Source: Salinispira sp.
GTDB lineage: Bacteria; Spirochaetota; Spirochaetia; DSM-27196; Salinispiraceae
NCBI GenBank assembly: GCA_965602015.1
Contig: OZ271918.1
Span: forward strand, 1,376,001-1,440,000
Direction of reading: 5' to 3'
DNA length: 64,000 bases
Position numbers and translations under genes: made by a program. Below are positions 27,730-38,330 of the stretch, piece after piece. The notes below the pieces were generated by a model. The model did not search any database and was not told the DNA's origin. It was given only the letters and a program-made list of their open reading frames with translations. Numbering within the stretch: position 1 is the stretch's first letter; each line of letters opens with the position of its first letter.

Positions 27730-27811
27730 GGGGAGTTTCCCGAGCGGTCAAAGGGGGCAGACTGTAAATCTGTTGGCTACGCCTTCGCAAGTTCGAATCT
27801 TGCACTCCCCA
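27730..27811 (+). tRNA. tRNA-Tyr(GTA), CCA not encoded
   Basis: Acceptor GGGGAGT/ACTCCCC, GCAGA-CTGTAAA-TCTGT, long variable arm, GCAAG-TTCGAAT-CTTGC. Confidence 0.96.
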
Positions 27812-27851
27812 AAAGGCTGTCTGAGATCTGATCTCGGACAGCCTTTTTTTT
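27811..27851 (+). terminator. Intrinsic terminator after the tRNAs
   Basis: AAAAGGCTGTCTGAGA...TCTCGGACAGCCTTTTTTTT. Confidence 0.88.
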
Positions 27852-27901
27852 CGCCTGCTGTGCGCCTACGATCCGGTCGCCGCACTGATGGAGGATTATC
27901 T

Positions 27902-28348
27902 ATGGCAAAGCAAGTCCCCTGGTACGAAAAAGGACTCAATTTTACCTGTACCCGATGCTCCCGTTGCTGCAGACATGATTCCGGGTATGTTTTCCTTTCC
28001 AAATCAGACGTGGCGCGCCTTGCCGGGCATTTCTCTCTGTCAGAGAAGGATTTCAAAACCACATACTGCGTCGAGGTGGATCTCTCCCTGGCGAAACGCA
28101 TAAGCATAAAAGAACAGGAAAATTTTGACTGTGTCTTTTGGAAGGACGGCGGCTGCTCGGTATACGAAGCCCGTCCCCTGCAATGCCGGGCATATCCCTT
28201 TTGGTCCCATAATCTGGATTCGCCGGACAGCTGGAAGGCGGTGCGAAGCGAATGCCCCGGTATCGACATCGGAACTCGGCATTCACGGGAAGATATCGAT
28301 TCCTGGCTCGACCTGAGGTCCCGCGAGCCCTTTACCGACGGCCGTTAA
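27902..28348 (+). CDS. YkgJ/UPF0153 family cysteine-cluster (Fe-S or Zn) protein
   Basis: FTCTRCSRCC...DCVFW...CSVYEARPLQCRAYPFW...CPG; SD GGAGG. Confidence 0.9.
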   Translation: MAKQVPWYEKGLNFTCTRCSRCCRHDSGYVFLSKSDVARLAGHFSLSEKDFKTTYCVEVDLSLAKRISIKEQENFDCVFWKDGGCSVYEARPLQCRAYPFWSHNLDSPDSWKAVRSECPGIDIGTRHSREDIDSWLDLRSREPFTDGR

Positions 28349-28378
28349 TTTCCGAGAATAGATACCTGGAAGGTAAGG

Positions 28379-29338
28379 ATGAAAATTCGCATTTGGGGCG
28401 CCCGGGGGTCCCACCCTCAACCGATGACCCCCGACAGGTTCCGGGACCGGGTTAAAAATATTGTGCAGCGAATCGGCCCGGATGATATCGCCAGCAACGA
28501 AAACCGGGAACGATTTTTAGCGGCTCTGCCCGACTGGCTCTGGGCTATGCCCGGAGGAAACACTCCCTGTATCGAAGTGCGCTTCGATGACAACAGCTGC
28601 ATCATCCTCGATGCGGGCACGGGCATAATTCCTCTGTCACGGCAGCTGTTCGGGGAAGAAAACCCTCCGCGTTCTTTTCATCTGTTTTTTTCCCATTTTC
28701 ATTATGATCATATACAGGGGCTGCCGTTTTTTTCCCAGGCATATATCCCATCGAACAGCATGCATTTTTACAGTCCCGAAAGGGATGTTGAGTACGTGCT
28801 AAAAGAGCATATGCGTCACCCGTTTTTTCCCGTAACGATGGAAGAAAAAATGACACCCAATCAGTTTTTTCATTACTTACAAGAAGATGATAATGGTGAA
28901 CGCGGCGTAGTCATCGGTAATGCGCGAATTCAATGGCTCCCGATTAATCATCCGGGTAATGCCTATGCTTTTCGCATCAGCGAGGGGGAACGCAGCCTGA
29001 TTTACGCCACTGATTATGAAATCGGCAGGGCTGATTTTGAAAAAACCCCTGAACGGCGAAACTTCTTCCCCGGGACCGATGTTTTAATACTCGACACCAT
29101 GTATACCCTGGGTGAAGCGATTGAAAAATTCAACTGGGGGCATTCGAGCTTCAGCATGGGGGTGGACTTTGCCCACGAGTGGGATGCCAAAAGGCTTTTG
29201 CTCTTCCATCATGAACCCCAATACGGAGACCAAAGGCTGTACAGCAATCTGAGAAATGCCCGCTGGTACGCCCAAAGGCAGGGCTATGACACGCTGACGA
29301 TCGACATTGCCGAGGAAGGCATGGAGATCGAGTTATAG
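28379..29338 (+). CDS. Metallo-beta-lactamase-fold hydrolase
   Basis: WGARGS, GGNTPC, LDAGTG, HFHYDHIQG, WGHS, LFHHEP. Confidence 0.9.
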   Translation: MKIRIWGARGSHPQPMTPDRFRDRVKNIVQRIGPDDIASNENRERFLAALPDWLWAMPGGNTPCIEVRFDDNSCIILDAGTGIIPLSRQLFGEENPPRSFHLFFSHFHYDHIQGLPFFSQAYIPSNSMHFYSPERDVEYVLKEHMRHPFFPVTMEEKMTPNQFFHYLQEDDNGERGVVIGNARIQWLPINHPGNAYAFRISEGERSLIYATDYEIGRADFEKTPERRNFFPGTDVLILDTMYTLGEAIEKFNWGHSSFSMGVDFAHEWDAKRLLLFHHEPQYGDQRLYSNLRNARWYAQRQGYDTLTIDIAEEGMEIEL

Positions 29339-29541
29339 TGATACGTCTGAATTTGAGCTCAAGAGAGCTGGTGGCCCTGTATCTTGAACTCTTGAATAAT
29401 CCCGATCAGGGCAACATGGACATTTTGATGCTCCAGGAGCGCATCAGCAGAAGACTCTGTGAAGCCCTGTCCATCGAACAATTTGAAAAGCTTGATTCCC
29501 TGTACGATAAGGGATATGAGTTTAATGAACTTCACCGCTGA
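29338..29541 (+). CDS. Small hypothetical protein
   Basis: 67-aa ORF translationally coupled to the MBL gene. Confidence 0.6.
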   Translation: MIRLNLSSRELVALYLELLNNPDQGNMDILMLQERISRRLCEALSIEQFEKLDSLYDKGYEFNELHR

Positions 29542-29558
29542 AATGAGGAAGGTAGGTT

Positions 29559-32500
29559 ATGAAGAAAGTGAGTAAATCAGCAGCGTTGGCAGTATTGCTT
29601 TTTATTTTTGTTGGCTGGGGTGCCGCAGCTCAGGCTGATCCGGCTTCGGCGGAATTTAATTCAAGCACCCTGGACAGCACCGCAGGATTTGTGGCCGGCG
29701 CTCATACCAGATTTCCTTATTCGCTGCCGTCCTATCTGAAAATTAATCCCGCGCTGTTTAATACCCTCGGTGTCCCGGTGGTGGAAGGCTCATACAGCGG
29801 AATTATTGATTTTAATCAGGGCAGCTATAGCGGCCACCGGGCTTCGGCATGGGGAAATATACCGCTTCCCAGCGGTCAGTTTAATACAGGACTCGAATTT
29901 CAATACCTGAATACCAGCATGGCAGCCACGGGTACGGCAATGAGGTTTCACGCCGGATGGTCAAATACGTTTTTGGAAAGCTTCCTGTTGGGAATCGGAC
30001 TGGAAACCGGATTCACCTCGTCCAGCGGTTCGAGTGATTGGGCGCTTAATGCCAAACTCGGAGCCTCCCAGAATCTTGGGCTTGTGGGGCCGTTTCAGGA
30101 ATTTACCTGGCATGCCGCCCTTACCGGTCTGGGAAGAGAGATGCGAACCACTGCCGACACATTTTATCGCAGTCCGTTTACCCTCCGTGGGGGCGTGAGC
30201 GGCGCGGTGGGAATCTCAGACAACCTGGTTCTCTTTAACGCTGTGGACCTGGCATTACCCCAGTTCACCGATGTAATGCTCAACATACGATCCTCCCTGG
30301 TTTTTCGCAGCCGTTTGGCTCTTTCCCTGGCCTGGGGAATAGACTTTCGCCAGCAGCTCAGCGATTCGCTTCAGAACGCATCTCTTCTTCCCCGGGTTTC
30401 GTTTTCCTACAGTCTTTTTGATGTAGTGCACCCCGATATCGACACCACCCTTGCGCTGTACTCTCCTTATGCGAACCACCTGGGGTACTCGCTGGGAGTC
30501 GCCCTGCCGGTTCAGCGGGTCGACCGGGACGGTCCGGACATTGAAATCGAATTACCCGAGGTAATTCATCTCTCCCCGAATAACGACGGTCGTCAGGACA
30601 GCTGGGATGAACCGATCGCGGTAACTGACGGATCCGGAGTTTCCAAAATGACCCTTCGGCTTCTGCAGAATGGCAATGAGCAGTTCGCCCAGGTATGGGA
30701 GCTCGAGCCTGTTCGCCCTGAAGGCATTTACGGAATCGTGCGCGAGGTATTTCAGGGTGTGCAGTCGGTTGTGATACCCGAAAGCATTCTGATCAATGGT
30801 AAAAACAGCGAGGGTACAGTGCTGCCCGACGGCCGCTATTCTCTGGAAATCTCCGCCGTTGACGTGTTGGGAAACCGGAGCGTCATTACCCCCAGCGACA
30901 TAATTCTCGACAGCGCTGCGCCGGAGATTATCATCGGCGAGCTTTCGGTTGAGGACAAAATCTTCTCCCCCAATAACGACGGCAACAAGGATTTTATCAG
31001 GATACAACAGGAAGGAAGCAGCGAGGTTCTGTGGGAGCAAAAAGTCTTCGATTCACGAGGCGAGCTTCGCTGGAGCCGGGAGATTCAAAATGCTGCGCCG
31101 GATCAATTCGACTGGAACGGCCAGGATGACTCGGGTCAGCGATTACCCGACGGGGTATATCGCTATGAAATCAGCGCGCGGGATTTGGCGGGCAACAGCA
31201 ATGCGGCGGCGGTGGAAAATATAATAATCAACTCCGTTGTCTCTCCGGTGCGCATCGAAATAGCAAGCGCGCACTTCTCACCTAATGCTGATGGCGTGCA
31301 GGACAGCATCAATCTTCTGCCAAAACCCGAGAGCCGCAACGGCATTGAGCGATGGACCATCGAGATTCTCAACGACCGGGAGGCAAAGGTTACCGAGCTT
31401 TCCGGGACTGGAGCTCCCGGGGAAATCGTGGTGTTTTCCGGTCGAGATGCCGACGGGAATGTTCTGTCGGAAGGCCGCTACCGGGGCCGATTTATCCTTT
31501 ATTACTTTTCGGGTAACGAACCCCGGGCACTCAGCCCCTGGTTTACCCTCGATGTAACGGCTCCGGAAATAAGCGTCGAGCTGAACTCCGACCTCTTATC
31601 TCCGAACAACGATGACCGAAGCGATGATATCAGCATTTTTCAGGAAGGCTCACGGGAAAGTCTGTGGATAGCAGCGGTAATCGACGATCAGGGAAATGAG
31701 GTCCGGGATTATCAGTTCAGGGGCGTTCCGGAATTCGAACTGGTGTGGGACGGCAGGAATAACCAGGGAGACCTGGCCCCTGACGGCGGCTACCGCTATC
31801 GAATAAGCTCCACCGATGAAGCGGGCAACAGCACCGAAAGGATCAGCCAGGAATTTACCCTGGACACTTCGGATGCAGAAGTGCTGGTAAACGCCAGTCT
31901 TGATGCATTCAGCCCGAATGCCGATGGTGTTCGCGATCTTCAGGATTTTTCAACACGGGTGAACAACAACGATCAGGTAGCGAGTTATCGCTTCACCGTT
32001 CTCAGCGAAGCCGGAAATGCGGTTCGCAGTATCGAAGGCAACGGGCCTGTTCCCGCCAGCTTTCAATGGGATGGACGAAATGACGGCGGGCTTCCCGCGG
32101 CAGACGGCAGATACAGTGCGAGTATCAGCGTCGAGCTTACCAACCGAAGCGTCGGCACCGCGGCAACCCGGGCCTTTGTTTTGGATACCAGATTCCCGGA
32201 GGTCAGCCTGAGCAGCAGCTTCGAAGTGTTTAGCCCCAATGGAGATGAGAACCGCGATGTGTTCCCCGTATCCCAACGGGGTTCAGGTGAGGACCTGTAC
32301 GAAGGAAGAATACTCGGACCCGATGGACAGGTGGTGCAGGAGTATTTCTGGGAAGGCAGCCTTGAAAGCTTTAGCTGGGACGGATTGGATCAATTCGGAA
32401 ATCTCGCAGCCAACGGCGTGTACCGCTACGAACTCACTGTCACCGACCGGGCGGGAAACCGAACTCTTGCAAATTTGGATACCATTGAGTTGGACAGCCG

Positions 32501-33542
32501 GAATACTTCAGTTTTCCTGACGCTCAGCGACAGCGGAATAAGCCCTAACGGCGACGGATTCAAGGACGATCTCCAGATTGGTATGTATACAAACATTACC
32601 GACGGCATAGAGGACTGGGAGCTGGGGATATACCGGGAAAACGGCACCCTGGTGCGAAGCATAGGCGGAACCAGCATTGAACCACAGGAATTCTTTACAT
32701 TTGACGGTCTTGATGAAGAGGGTGATCAGATAAGCGGGACCTTCTACGCCAACTTTGTCGTTCGCTACACAAAGGGCGATGTGCCGGAAGCCACCAGCTC
32801 GAATTTCCTTGTTGACACCAGCGGCCCGGTGTTGAGCGAAAGCATTTCGCCGCTGCCCTTCGGTCCGGACGGCGATGGTTTTGCCGATGTGCTCACCATC
32901 GATCTGTCCGCCCGGGACGGCGCCGGCGTTGCCGGGTGGCGATTCGGAATCTACGACCGGGTAGGGAACCTCTTTCAGGAGTACTCCTCACAGGGGGCTC
33001 CCGAGGAGCGGATTCTGTGGGATGGTTTGTCGGACAGCGGCGAGCGGGTAATTTCCGCAGAGGATTACCGTTGGGAGTTCGAGGCAATTGACCGCCTCGG
33101 CAACGCCAGCACCTCCGGCGGCCTTATTCCCATCGACATTCTGGTGATACGAGACGGTGAGCGCTTTAAGGTTCAAATCTCCAATATTGTGTTCGAGCCT
33201 AACAGCCCCCGGATAGTCGTAGGCGGTACTACCGAGGTCGGTATCCGCAACCAGAATATCTTGAACAGGCTGGTTGAAGTGTTTTCCAAGTATCCCCAGT
33301 ACCGGATCACCATTGAAGGGCATGCCAACAATGTCACCGGCACCGAACGGGAGGAAGTTCAGGAACTTCTCCCCCTGTCTGAGGGTCGCGCACAGGCGGT
33401 GAAAGATCAAATGGTCAGCCTCGGCATGGATCCCGACAGAATTGACATCGTCGGCCGCGGCGGTCGGAGCCCTCTGGTTCCATTCTCCGATGAGGAAAAC
33501 CGGTGGAAGAACAGGCGGGTTGAATTTATTCTTATACGTTAG
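29559..33542 (+). CDS. Large exported envelope protein: putative beta-barrel + 8 FlgD-Ig/CHU_C-like repeats + OmpA-like peptidoglycan-binding domain
   Basis: Signal peptide; amphipathic beta strands; repeated (F)SPNxDG..D...WDG...DG.Y units; C-terminal IEGHAN...LSEGRAQAV...NRRVEF. Confidence 0.85.
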   Translation: MKKVSKSAALAVLLFIFVGWGAAAQADPASAEFNSSTLDSTAGFVAGAHTRFPYSLPSYLKINPALFNTLGVPVVEGSYSGIIDFNQGSYSGHRASAWGNIPLPSGQFNTGLEFQYLNTSMAATGTAMRFHAGWSNTFLESFLLGIGLETGFTSSSGSSDWALNAKLGASQNLGLVGPFQEFTWHAALTGLGREMRTTADTFYRSPFTLRGGVSGAVGISDNLVLFNAVDLALPQFTDVMLNIRSSLVFRSRLALSLAWGIDFRQQLSDSLQNASLLPRVSFSYSLFDVVHPDIDTTLALYSPYANHLGYSLGVALPVQRVDRDGPDIEIELPEVIHLSPNNDGRQDSWDEPIAVTDGSGVSKMTLRLLQNGNEQFAQVWELEPVRPEGIYGIVREVFQGVQSVVIPESILINGKNSEGTVLPDGRYSLEISAVDVLGNRSVITPSDIILDSAAPEIIIGELSVEDKIFSPNNDGNKDFIRIQQEGSSEVLWEQKVFDSRGELRWSREIQNAAPDQFDWNGQDDSGQRLPDGVYRYEISARDLAGNSNAAAVENIIINSVVSPVRIEIASAHFSPNADGVQDSINLLPKPESRNGIERWTIEILNDREAKVTELSGTGAPGEIVVFSGRDADGNVLSEGRYRGRFILYYFSGNEPRALSPWFTLDVTAPEISVELNSDLLSPNNDDRSDDISIFQEGSRESLWIAAVIDDQGNEVRDYQFRGVPEFELVWDGRNNQGDLAPDGGYRYRISSTDEAGNSTERISQEFTLDTSDAEVLVNASLDAFSPNADGVRDLQDFSTRVNNNDQVASYRFTVLSEAGNAVRSIEGNGPVPASFQWDGRNDGGLPAADGRYSASISVELTNRSVGTAATRAFVLDTRFPEVSLSSSFEVFSPNGDENRDVFPVSQRGSGEDLYEGRILGPDGQVVQEYFWEGSLESFSWDGLDQFGNLAANGVYRYELTVTDRAGNRTLANLDTIELDSRNTSVFLTLSDSGISPNGDGFKDDLQIGMYTNITDGIEDWELGIYRENGTLVRSIGGTSIEPQEFFTFDGLDEEGDQISGTFYANFVVRYTKGDVPEATSSNFLVDTSGPVLSESISPLPFGPDGDGFADVLTIDLSARDGAGVAGWRFGIYDRVGNLFQEYSSQGAPEERILWDGLSDSGERVISAEDYRWEFEAIDRLGNASTSGGLIPIDILVIRDGERFKVQISNIVFEPNSPRIVVGGTTEVGIRNQNILNRLVEVFSKYPQYRITIEGHANNVTGTEREEVQELLPLSEGRAQAVKDQMVSLGMDPDRIDIVGRGGRSPLVPFSDEENRWKNRRVEFILIR

Positions 33543-33580
33543 GATATTACCGGTAACACAGATTTTTTCAGGTAGGTACA

Positions 33581-34612
33581 GTGAAGAAATTAGCAGCGAT
33601 CATTTTATCCATCCTGCTGCTTGCAGGCGTTGCCAGCGCGGCTGCAGGATGGTTTGCATATACTCAATTATTCAGACCCTACGGATCGACGGAGGGCATG
33701 GCTCGGGATTTTACCGTAGAACCCGGTGAGAGTTTTATTTCCGTTGTGATGCGCCTTGAGCGCCGCGAAATGGTTCCGTCAGCTCTTCTTCTGCAGCTAT
33801 ATGGACGGTTCAGCGGAGGCGATCGGGGAATCCAGCGGGGATCGTATATTATTCCCGAGGGCCTCAGCCCGGTGGAAATAGTCGAGTTTCTCAGTTCGGG
33901 GCATCAAAACCTCCTCAGGGTTACCATTCCCGAAGGCCGCACAATGCGGCAGGTAGCCGATATATTCGACAGCAGGGGCATTGTCGGCCGGGATGAGTTT
34001 CTCGAAGCTGCAATGGATACAGCCTTTATCAGGGGGTTGGGCATCCCCGGCGATACGGCGGAGGGGTATCTGTTTCCCGAAACCTACTATTTCGCCGAGG
34101 ATTTTCCGGCGGACAGGGTGGTAGCTCATTTGGTCGAAACATTCTTCCAGGAACTTGCAGAAATCTACCCGGATTACCGACAGCTCACGAGCAGGGAACT
34201 GCATGAGACGGTTATTCTGTCATCCATCGTGGAACGCGAATATATGGCAGAGCACGAAGCACCTCAAATCGCATCGGTGTTCTATAATCGTCTCGAAGAG
34301 GGAATGCGTCTGGAATCCTGTGCCACGGTGGTATACGTCATGACGGAGATAGAAGGTCTCGAACATCCGAGCCGTCTGTTTTTCTCGGATCTGGACAGGC
34401 CGTCAGAGTTTAATACCTATGTTAATCGGGGGCTCCCTCCCGCGCCGATTTCATCGGTGGGAAGAATTGCATTGCAGGCCGCATTCTATCCCGCAGACAC
34501 CGATTACTTCTTTTTTGTGCTGCAGGGGCCGGATTCCACCGAACATGTGTTTTCTACCTCATACGATGACCATCTCTCCGCATCTCAGGTGTACTATTTC
34601 AAATTGAACTAG
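33581..34612 (+). CDS. mltG: Endolytic transglycosylase MltG
   Basis: VTIPEG, EGYLFPETY, SIVERE, FNTY..RGLPPAPI. Confidence 0.94.
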   Translation: MKKLAAIILSILLLAGVASAAAGWFAYTQLFRPYGSTEGMARDFTVEPGESFISVVMRLERREMVPSALLLQLYGRFSGGDRGIQRGSYIIPEGLSPVEIVEFLSSGHQNLLRVTIPEGRTMRQVADIFDSRGIVGRDEFLEAAMDTAFIRGLGIPGDTAEGYLFPETYYFAEDFPADRVVAHLVETFFQELAEIYPDYRQLTSRELHETVILSSIVEREYMAEHEAPQIASVFYNRLEEGMRLESCATVVYVMTEIEGLEHPSRLFFSDLDRPSEFNTYVNRGLPPAPISSVGRIALQAAFYPADTDYFFFVLQGPDSTEHVFSTSYDDHLSASQVYYFKLN

Positions 34613-34623
34613 AGGAACACACA

Positions 34624-36459
34624 GTGATTCCAGAGGAAATCATCGAGGAGATAAAAAACCGCGTCAATATTGCCGAGGTTGTCGGGGAGTACGTTCACCT
34701 CACTCAAAAGGGAGACCGTTTTTGGGGCCTCTCGCCCTTTAAAAGTGAAAAAACCCCGTCATTCACCGTCACACCCTCGAAACAAATGTATTACTGCTTC
34801 AGTACTCAAAACGGTGGAAATGTCTTCAAGTTTCTCATGGAAATGGAAGGCATGACATTTCCCGAGGCCGTCGAATACCTCGGCAAGCGGGTAGGGATCG
34901 ATGTTGGAGAGGGCGCCAAACAAGACACGCGGGAGTTTAGAGAGCGGGCGGCAATGGAGGAGCTGTATGAAAAAATCCGCGAAAGCTATCAATACCTGCT
35001 CACCGAAAAATCCATCGGAAAGAACGCGCTGCAATATATCACCCATCGCGGGCTGAGCTCTGAAAGCTTTGAGAATTTCGCCCTTGGCTACTCCCATCCC
35101 GATCCATACTGGCTGCATGGCTTTCTTATTAAAAAAGGCTACAGTGAAGAATTCCTGCAAAAAAGCGGACTGTTCAGCAAGAAAAACCCCAAATGGACCC
35201 TGTTCTCTAACCGCCTCATGTTTCCCATCTCTCGGCATCAGGGAAGTACCGTTGCCTTTGGCGGTCGCCTCCTGGAAGGTGATGGACCAAAGTATATCAA
35301 CAGCCCCGATACCATGATTTTTCACAAGCGCACTACCTTATACGGCCTCCACCAAGCTAAGGATGCTATAAAACAGACGGGATTTTTTATTGTCTGCGAG
35401 GGCTACCTGGACGTCATTGCCTTTCATCAGGCCGGAGTCAGGAATGCAGTTGCCCCCCTGGGGACTGCGTTCACTGCGGACCAGGCTAAGCTCTTAAAGC
35501 GCTACGCATCAAAGGGATTACTGGTATTTGACGGCGACAGCGCCGGTATCAATGCGAGTAAAAAAACAGCTCAGATACTTGAATCCCTTGATCTAGCATG
35601 TGATGTACTATCCCTTCCCGAGGGTCTGGACCCCGCAGATATTCTGCAAAAAAAAGGTTCACAAGAATTAAAAAATTTAGTAAAATCTTCAACCACTGCG
35701 CTGGAGTTTCTTTTATCGAAAGCTGTTTCGATGTCTGATATTTATTCCCCTGAGGGAAAACAACAGATACTCGAACAGCTTTTTCCGTATATCCGCAGTA
35801 TACAATCACCGGTCAAGCAGGAGGCCAGCTTACAGATACTTTCAGAGCGCATTGGAGTGAGCTTGCCGGCTCTTATGGCATCAATGCAACGAAACGGCCG
35901 TAATCGGGATTTTCCGTCACCCGCTTCGAGCGGAATGATTAACGGTCGTGGGGATAAGGGAAACGCCGTCGCTCCGGGGGCAAAGCCCGCGGAAGGGTCC
36001 CGTCCATTCACAATTGACCCGGAGTTGCATTCGATTGTTGCCACTGCTATATATCCGGAACACTTTGCCTATGTACGCTCGCAGTTGCAGTTTCAGGATT
36101 TGAAAAATGAAGCTGCCGCCGAGATTTACTCTGTGCTGGAAGATCATTTTCGAAATCAGACCGTTGAATTTGATAAAATTATCTCGGATATCGACAATGA
36201 GGGGCTGAGGAACTATATAATGAGGAAAGCATCCGCCGAAGAATACGGCGCCGATCCGGGGGGCTACATCAGAGCCTCTATTTTGCGGGTACGACACGAC
36301 CTCTTGGTCAGGCGGAGGCGGGAACTGCAGCTGTTGTTAAAAAGGAAGGAGCAAAGCTCCGACGCTGCAGGAACCAGGGCGCTGCTCGAAGAAAAAATTT
36401 ACCTTGATTCGGCATTAAAGGAAATAAAGGAATCAATTCATGACAGAACTGCAGAATGA
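34624..36459 (+). CDS. dnaG: DNA primase
   Basis: [17 protein letters not shown]...[21 protein letters not shown]...FDGDSAG, DPAD. The Zn ribbon is of the degenerate SPF..YYCFS type. Confidence 0.96.
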   Translation: MIPEEIIEEIKNRVNIAEVVGEYVHLTQKGDRFWGLSPFKSEKTPSFTVTPSKQMYYCFSTQNGGNVFKFLMEMEGMTFPEAVEYLGKRVGIDVGEGAKQDTREFRERAAMEELYEKIRESYQYLLTEKSIGKNALQYITHRGLSSESFENFALGYSHPDPYWLHGFLIKKGYSEEFLQKSGLFSKKNPKWTLFSNRLMFPISRHQGSTVAFGGRLLEGDGPKYINSPDTMIFHKRTTLYGLHQAKDAIKQTGFFIVCEGYLDVIAFHQAGVRNAVAPLGTAFTADQAKLLKRYASKGLLVFDGDSAGINASKKTAQILESLDLACDVLSLPEGLDPADILQKKGSQELKNLVKSSTTALEFLLSKAVSMSDIYSPEGKQQILEQLFPYIRSIQSPVKQEASLQILSERIGVSLPALMASMQRNGRNRDFPSPASSGMINGRGDKGNAVAPGAKPAEGSRPFTIDPELHSIVATAIYPEHFAYVRSQLQFQDLKNEAAAEIYSVLEDHFRNQTVEFDKIISDIDNEGLRNYIMRKASAEEYGADPGGYIRASILRVRHDLLVRRRRELQLLLKRKEQSSDAAGTRALLEEKIYLDSALKEIKESIHDRTAE

Positions 36460-38248
36460 TCCTGCAATTATAAAACTTCTTGAATACGCTAAAGATAAAG
36501 ACACCGTGTCCTACGATGAGCTGAACGATCTGCTTCCGGAGGAACTGGTAAAACCGGACAAAATCGACGACGTCATGGTGATTTTGGCCTCCCACAATAT
36601 CCGTCTCTCTGAAGAAGTTCAGGCACAAAACGAAAAGTTCGATGATGACGATGAAAACGAGTCATCTGCATCGGACAAAGGATCAGCTAAGTCGGGCTCA
36701 GAATCCAAGCCGGAAACCGCGAAAACCCCGGAGCCGGAAAAAAAGAAAAAGGTCGTCTATAACGACAAGGAAAGCGCCATTGATGACCCAATTCGGCTTT
36801 ACCTGAGGGAAATCGGAAAGGAAAATCTCCTGACCGCCGAACAGGAAGTCGAGCTCTCCAAAAAAATGGAAGACGGGGAGAACATTATTAAGGGCGTGAT
36901 CAGTGGTTCTGGGATGATGATTCCGGAGTTTTTTAACCTGGCAGCCCGGGCCTTTAGCAAAAAAGACCCCCGGGAAATGAGCCTGAGCAAGAAAGAAATC
37001 TCCGAGTATCTCGCTGAGCGCCGCAGACTCAGCCAGTATTATCGAGAACCGCTAAAGCTCGTTGTTGCGGATTTGAAGTCTTACATCGAATTAAAGAAAA
37101 AGCTCATTGCCAAAGGCGAAGATATTATTGAGCATGAAGAACTGGCAAACAAGCGGGATACTCTGGTCGCTAATCTCTCCGATATCGATCTTCATCAGGA
37201 TGAGATTCTTCAGTTTTCCGATAAATTTGTCACTACTGCCTCAAAAATACACAGCTATCAGAGAGAGATCACCCGTAATGAGAAAAGGCTCCGGGTCAAA
37301 AACTCACGGGAACTTCGGAGCCTGGGTCGAAAACTCACTATCCTTGAGGATCGCGAGGTAATCGAGGATGAACTGGGCTTGTCGGCCGATGAAATCAAGG
37401 AAATGATCCGCGAAATTCAGACTACTGAAAAGAAAATCAGAAGTTACGAACTCGAATTCGAAAACCCCATCGATCAAATTCTCGATATGGCCGGTGAAAT
37501 CGAGCGCGGCAAGGTGATGATGCAAAGTGCCAAGGATCGACTCATAAAGGCGAACCTTCGGCTTGTGGTCAGCATCGCAAAAAAATACACCAACCGTGGA
37601 CTGCACTTTTTCGACCTCGTTCAGGAAGGCAATATCGGTCTCATCAAGGCTGTAGAAAAGTTCGAATACCGCAAAGGGTACAAATTTTCTACCTATGCGA
37701 CGTGGTGGATACGCCAGGCTATTACCAGAAGCATTTCAGACCAGGCGAGAACCATCCGCGTTCCGGTTCATATGATCGAGCAAATTAATAAAGTCGTCCG
37801 AGAGTCCCGGCAGCTGATGCAGGTTCTTGGACGGGAGCCCACCGACGAGGAAATCGCAGAGCGTCTCGGTTGGACCGTAAGCCGGGTCAAATCGGTAAAA
37901 AATGTCGCTCGCGAGCCGATATCTCTCGAAACTCCTATCGGTGAAGAGGAAGACAGTCTCCTCGGCGATTTTATTGAAGACAAGGATGTGGAGAATCCCG
38001 CCCACCAAACCGCATTCACCCTTCTGCAGGAACAGCTGGGAGAGGTGCTAAAAACGCTTCCCGAACGGGAGCAGGAAGTTTTAAAGATGCGCTTTGGACT
38101 CGAAGACGGATACAGCCTCACTCTCGAAGAGGTTGGTTTGTACTTCAACGTCACCAGGGAGCGGATACGACAAATCGAGGCGAAGGCCCTTCGCCGGCTT
38201 CGCCACCCAAAACGCAGCCGCCGTCTCAAGGACTATCTGGATAATTAA
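36440..38248 (+). CDS. rpoD: RNA polymerase primary sigma factor
   Basis: [48 protein letters not shown]. Confidence 0.97.
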   Translation: MTELQNDPAIIKLLEYAKDKDTVSYDELNDLLPEELVKPDKIDDVMVILASHNIRLSEEVQAQNEKFDDDDENESSASDKGSAKSGSESKPETAKTPEPEKKKKVVYNDKESAIDDPIRLYLREIGKENLLTAEQEVELSKKMEDGENIIKGVISGSGMMIPEFFNLAARAFSKKDPREMSLSKKEISEYLAERRRLSQYYREPLKLVVADLKSYIELKKKLIAKGEDIIEHEELANKRDTLVANLSDIDLHQDEILQFSDKFVTTASKIHSYQREITRNEKRLRVKNSRELRSLGRKLTILEDREVIEDELGLSADEIKEMIREIQTTEKKIRSYELEFENPIDQILDMAGEIERGKVMMQSAKDRLIKANLRLVVSIAKKYTNRGLHFFDLVQEGNIGLIKAVEKFEYRKGYKFSTYATWWIRQAITRSISDQARTIRVPVHMIEQINKVVRESRQLMQVLGREPTDEEIAERLGWTVSRVKSVKNVAREPISLETPIGEEEDSLLGDFIEDKDVENPAHQTAFTLLQEQLGEVLKTLPEREQEVLKMRFGLEDGYSLTLEEVGLYFNVTRERIRQIEAKALRRLRHPKRSRRLKDYLDN

Positions 38249-38330
38249 ACGATTTTCTGATAGGCTCTCGTGGCTTGGACGGGAACCGTCGATATATCGC
38301 AGCAGAACACACTAAAAACAGAGGCAAAAC

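Noticed and set aside
27659..27901. N-terminal extension of the YkgJ ORF
   Set aside because: Runs through tRNA-Tyr and a terminator; the true start is ATG 27902 with an SD.
30570..33130. Regular repeats as a CRISPR or DNA repeat array
   Set aside because: Periodicity is at protein level only, with divergent DNA. No identical repeat-spacer array or cas gene is present in the window.
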